A stretch of 64,000 nucleotides of DNA, from the NCBI GenBank assembly GCA_965219085.1, contig OZ244720.1, positions 2,304,001 to 2,368,000 of the forward strand, in the 5' to 3' direction. The notes under the pieces were generated by a model, which searched no databases, was not told the origin of the DNA, and saw only the letters and a list, made by a program, of their open reading frames with translations. This stretch comes from Dehalococcoidia bacterium (GTDB lineage Bacteria; Chloroflexota; Dehalococcoidia; UBA2979). Shown in pieces: positions 63,420 to 64,000 of this stretch (its first letter is position 1; every line of letters begins with the position of its first letter). A program made the position numbers and the translations under genes.

Positions 63420-64000
63420 CCCTGTTCGCGCGCGCCCTCGTCGCATGCGCCGCCGCGGTGTGCGCGCTGTCCGGCGGGCTCGCCTCGGCGCAGCAGCCCG
63501 AGGGGCGCATCACGGGCGTCGTGCGCGTCGGCGACTCGGGGCCCGCGACCGAGCCGGTCACGGTGCAGCTCTTCGTGCTCGGCGATGCTGGCGTGCAGTC
63601 GGCTCAGGAGACGACCACCGAGGCGGGACGGTTCGCGTTTGACGTGGGGCCCGACATCGCGCTCTCGTACGTCGTGCGCGCGGTGTATGACGGCGTGCAG
63701 TACCTCGCGCCGCCCGTACTGCTGTCGCGCGAGCTCCCGACCGCCGAGGTCGAGATCGTGGTGTACGCGAAGACGACCGAGCCGCCTCCGCTGACCATCG
63801 AGCGCACGACGGTGACCGTGCTGGGCCTCGACCGGACGGACGCGCGGATCACGTTCGTGCGAGCGGACGAGGTGCGCAATCCGTCGGACCGCATCTTCGT
63901 CGGAGACGCCGAAGGCGTGACGCTGCGCATCCCACTCCCCGACGGCGCGGTCGTCGCCGAGAGCGGCGTCGAGGGCGACACGCGTGTCGAGGGCGGCACG
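63416..64000 (+). CDS. Secreted protein with carboxypeptidase-regulatory-like beta domain (truncated by window edge)
   Basis: GTGA overlap; signal-peptide-like start; GRITGVV...TT.AGRF.F...Y.GV.Y. Confidence 0.55.
   Translation, partial: MTLFARALVACAAAVCALSGGLASAQQPEGRITGVVRVGDSGPATEPVTVQLFVLGDAGVQSAQETTTEAGRFAFDVGPDIALSYVVRAVYDGVQYLAPPVLLSRELPTAEVEIVVYAKTTEPPPLTIERTTVTVLGLDRTDARITFVRADEVRNPSDRIFVGDAEGVTLRIPLPDGAVVAESGVEGDTRVEGGT

Overview
A high-GC bacterial chromosome segment; gene content and order suggest Chloroflexota, probably Dehalococcoidia-like (inference). The housekeeping backbone includes metE, nrdJ, pepP, nhaA, msrB, rnd, rimM-khpA-rpsP-ffh, gap, a UvrD/HelD-type helicase, eno, xerD, pcm, uvrC, folP, nadE, a caa3-type oxidase operon and ccm genes, plus three tRNAs. 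Small accessory cassettes are wedged between these genes: about nine toxin-antitoxin loci, a restriction-modification gene, a defence islet and one IS256. Three observations stand out. (1) Several cassettes are bracketed by a second, diverged copy of the neighbouring gene's 3' end (metE, pepP, gap, helicase, a PIN toxin). The mismatches in the metE, pepP and helicase copies are mostly synonymous and no cassette encodes an integrase, which suggests an integrase-free '3'-end replacement' way of acquiring cassettes. (2) One such segment carries a structurally perfect 76-nt class-I (Thr/Phe-like) tRNA with a serine UGA anticodon. (3) A 15-bp palindrome is inserted in frame four times in nrdJ. Several single-base frameshifts suggest either consensus errors or pseudogenisation, so single-base claims need read-level confirmation.
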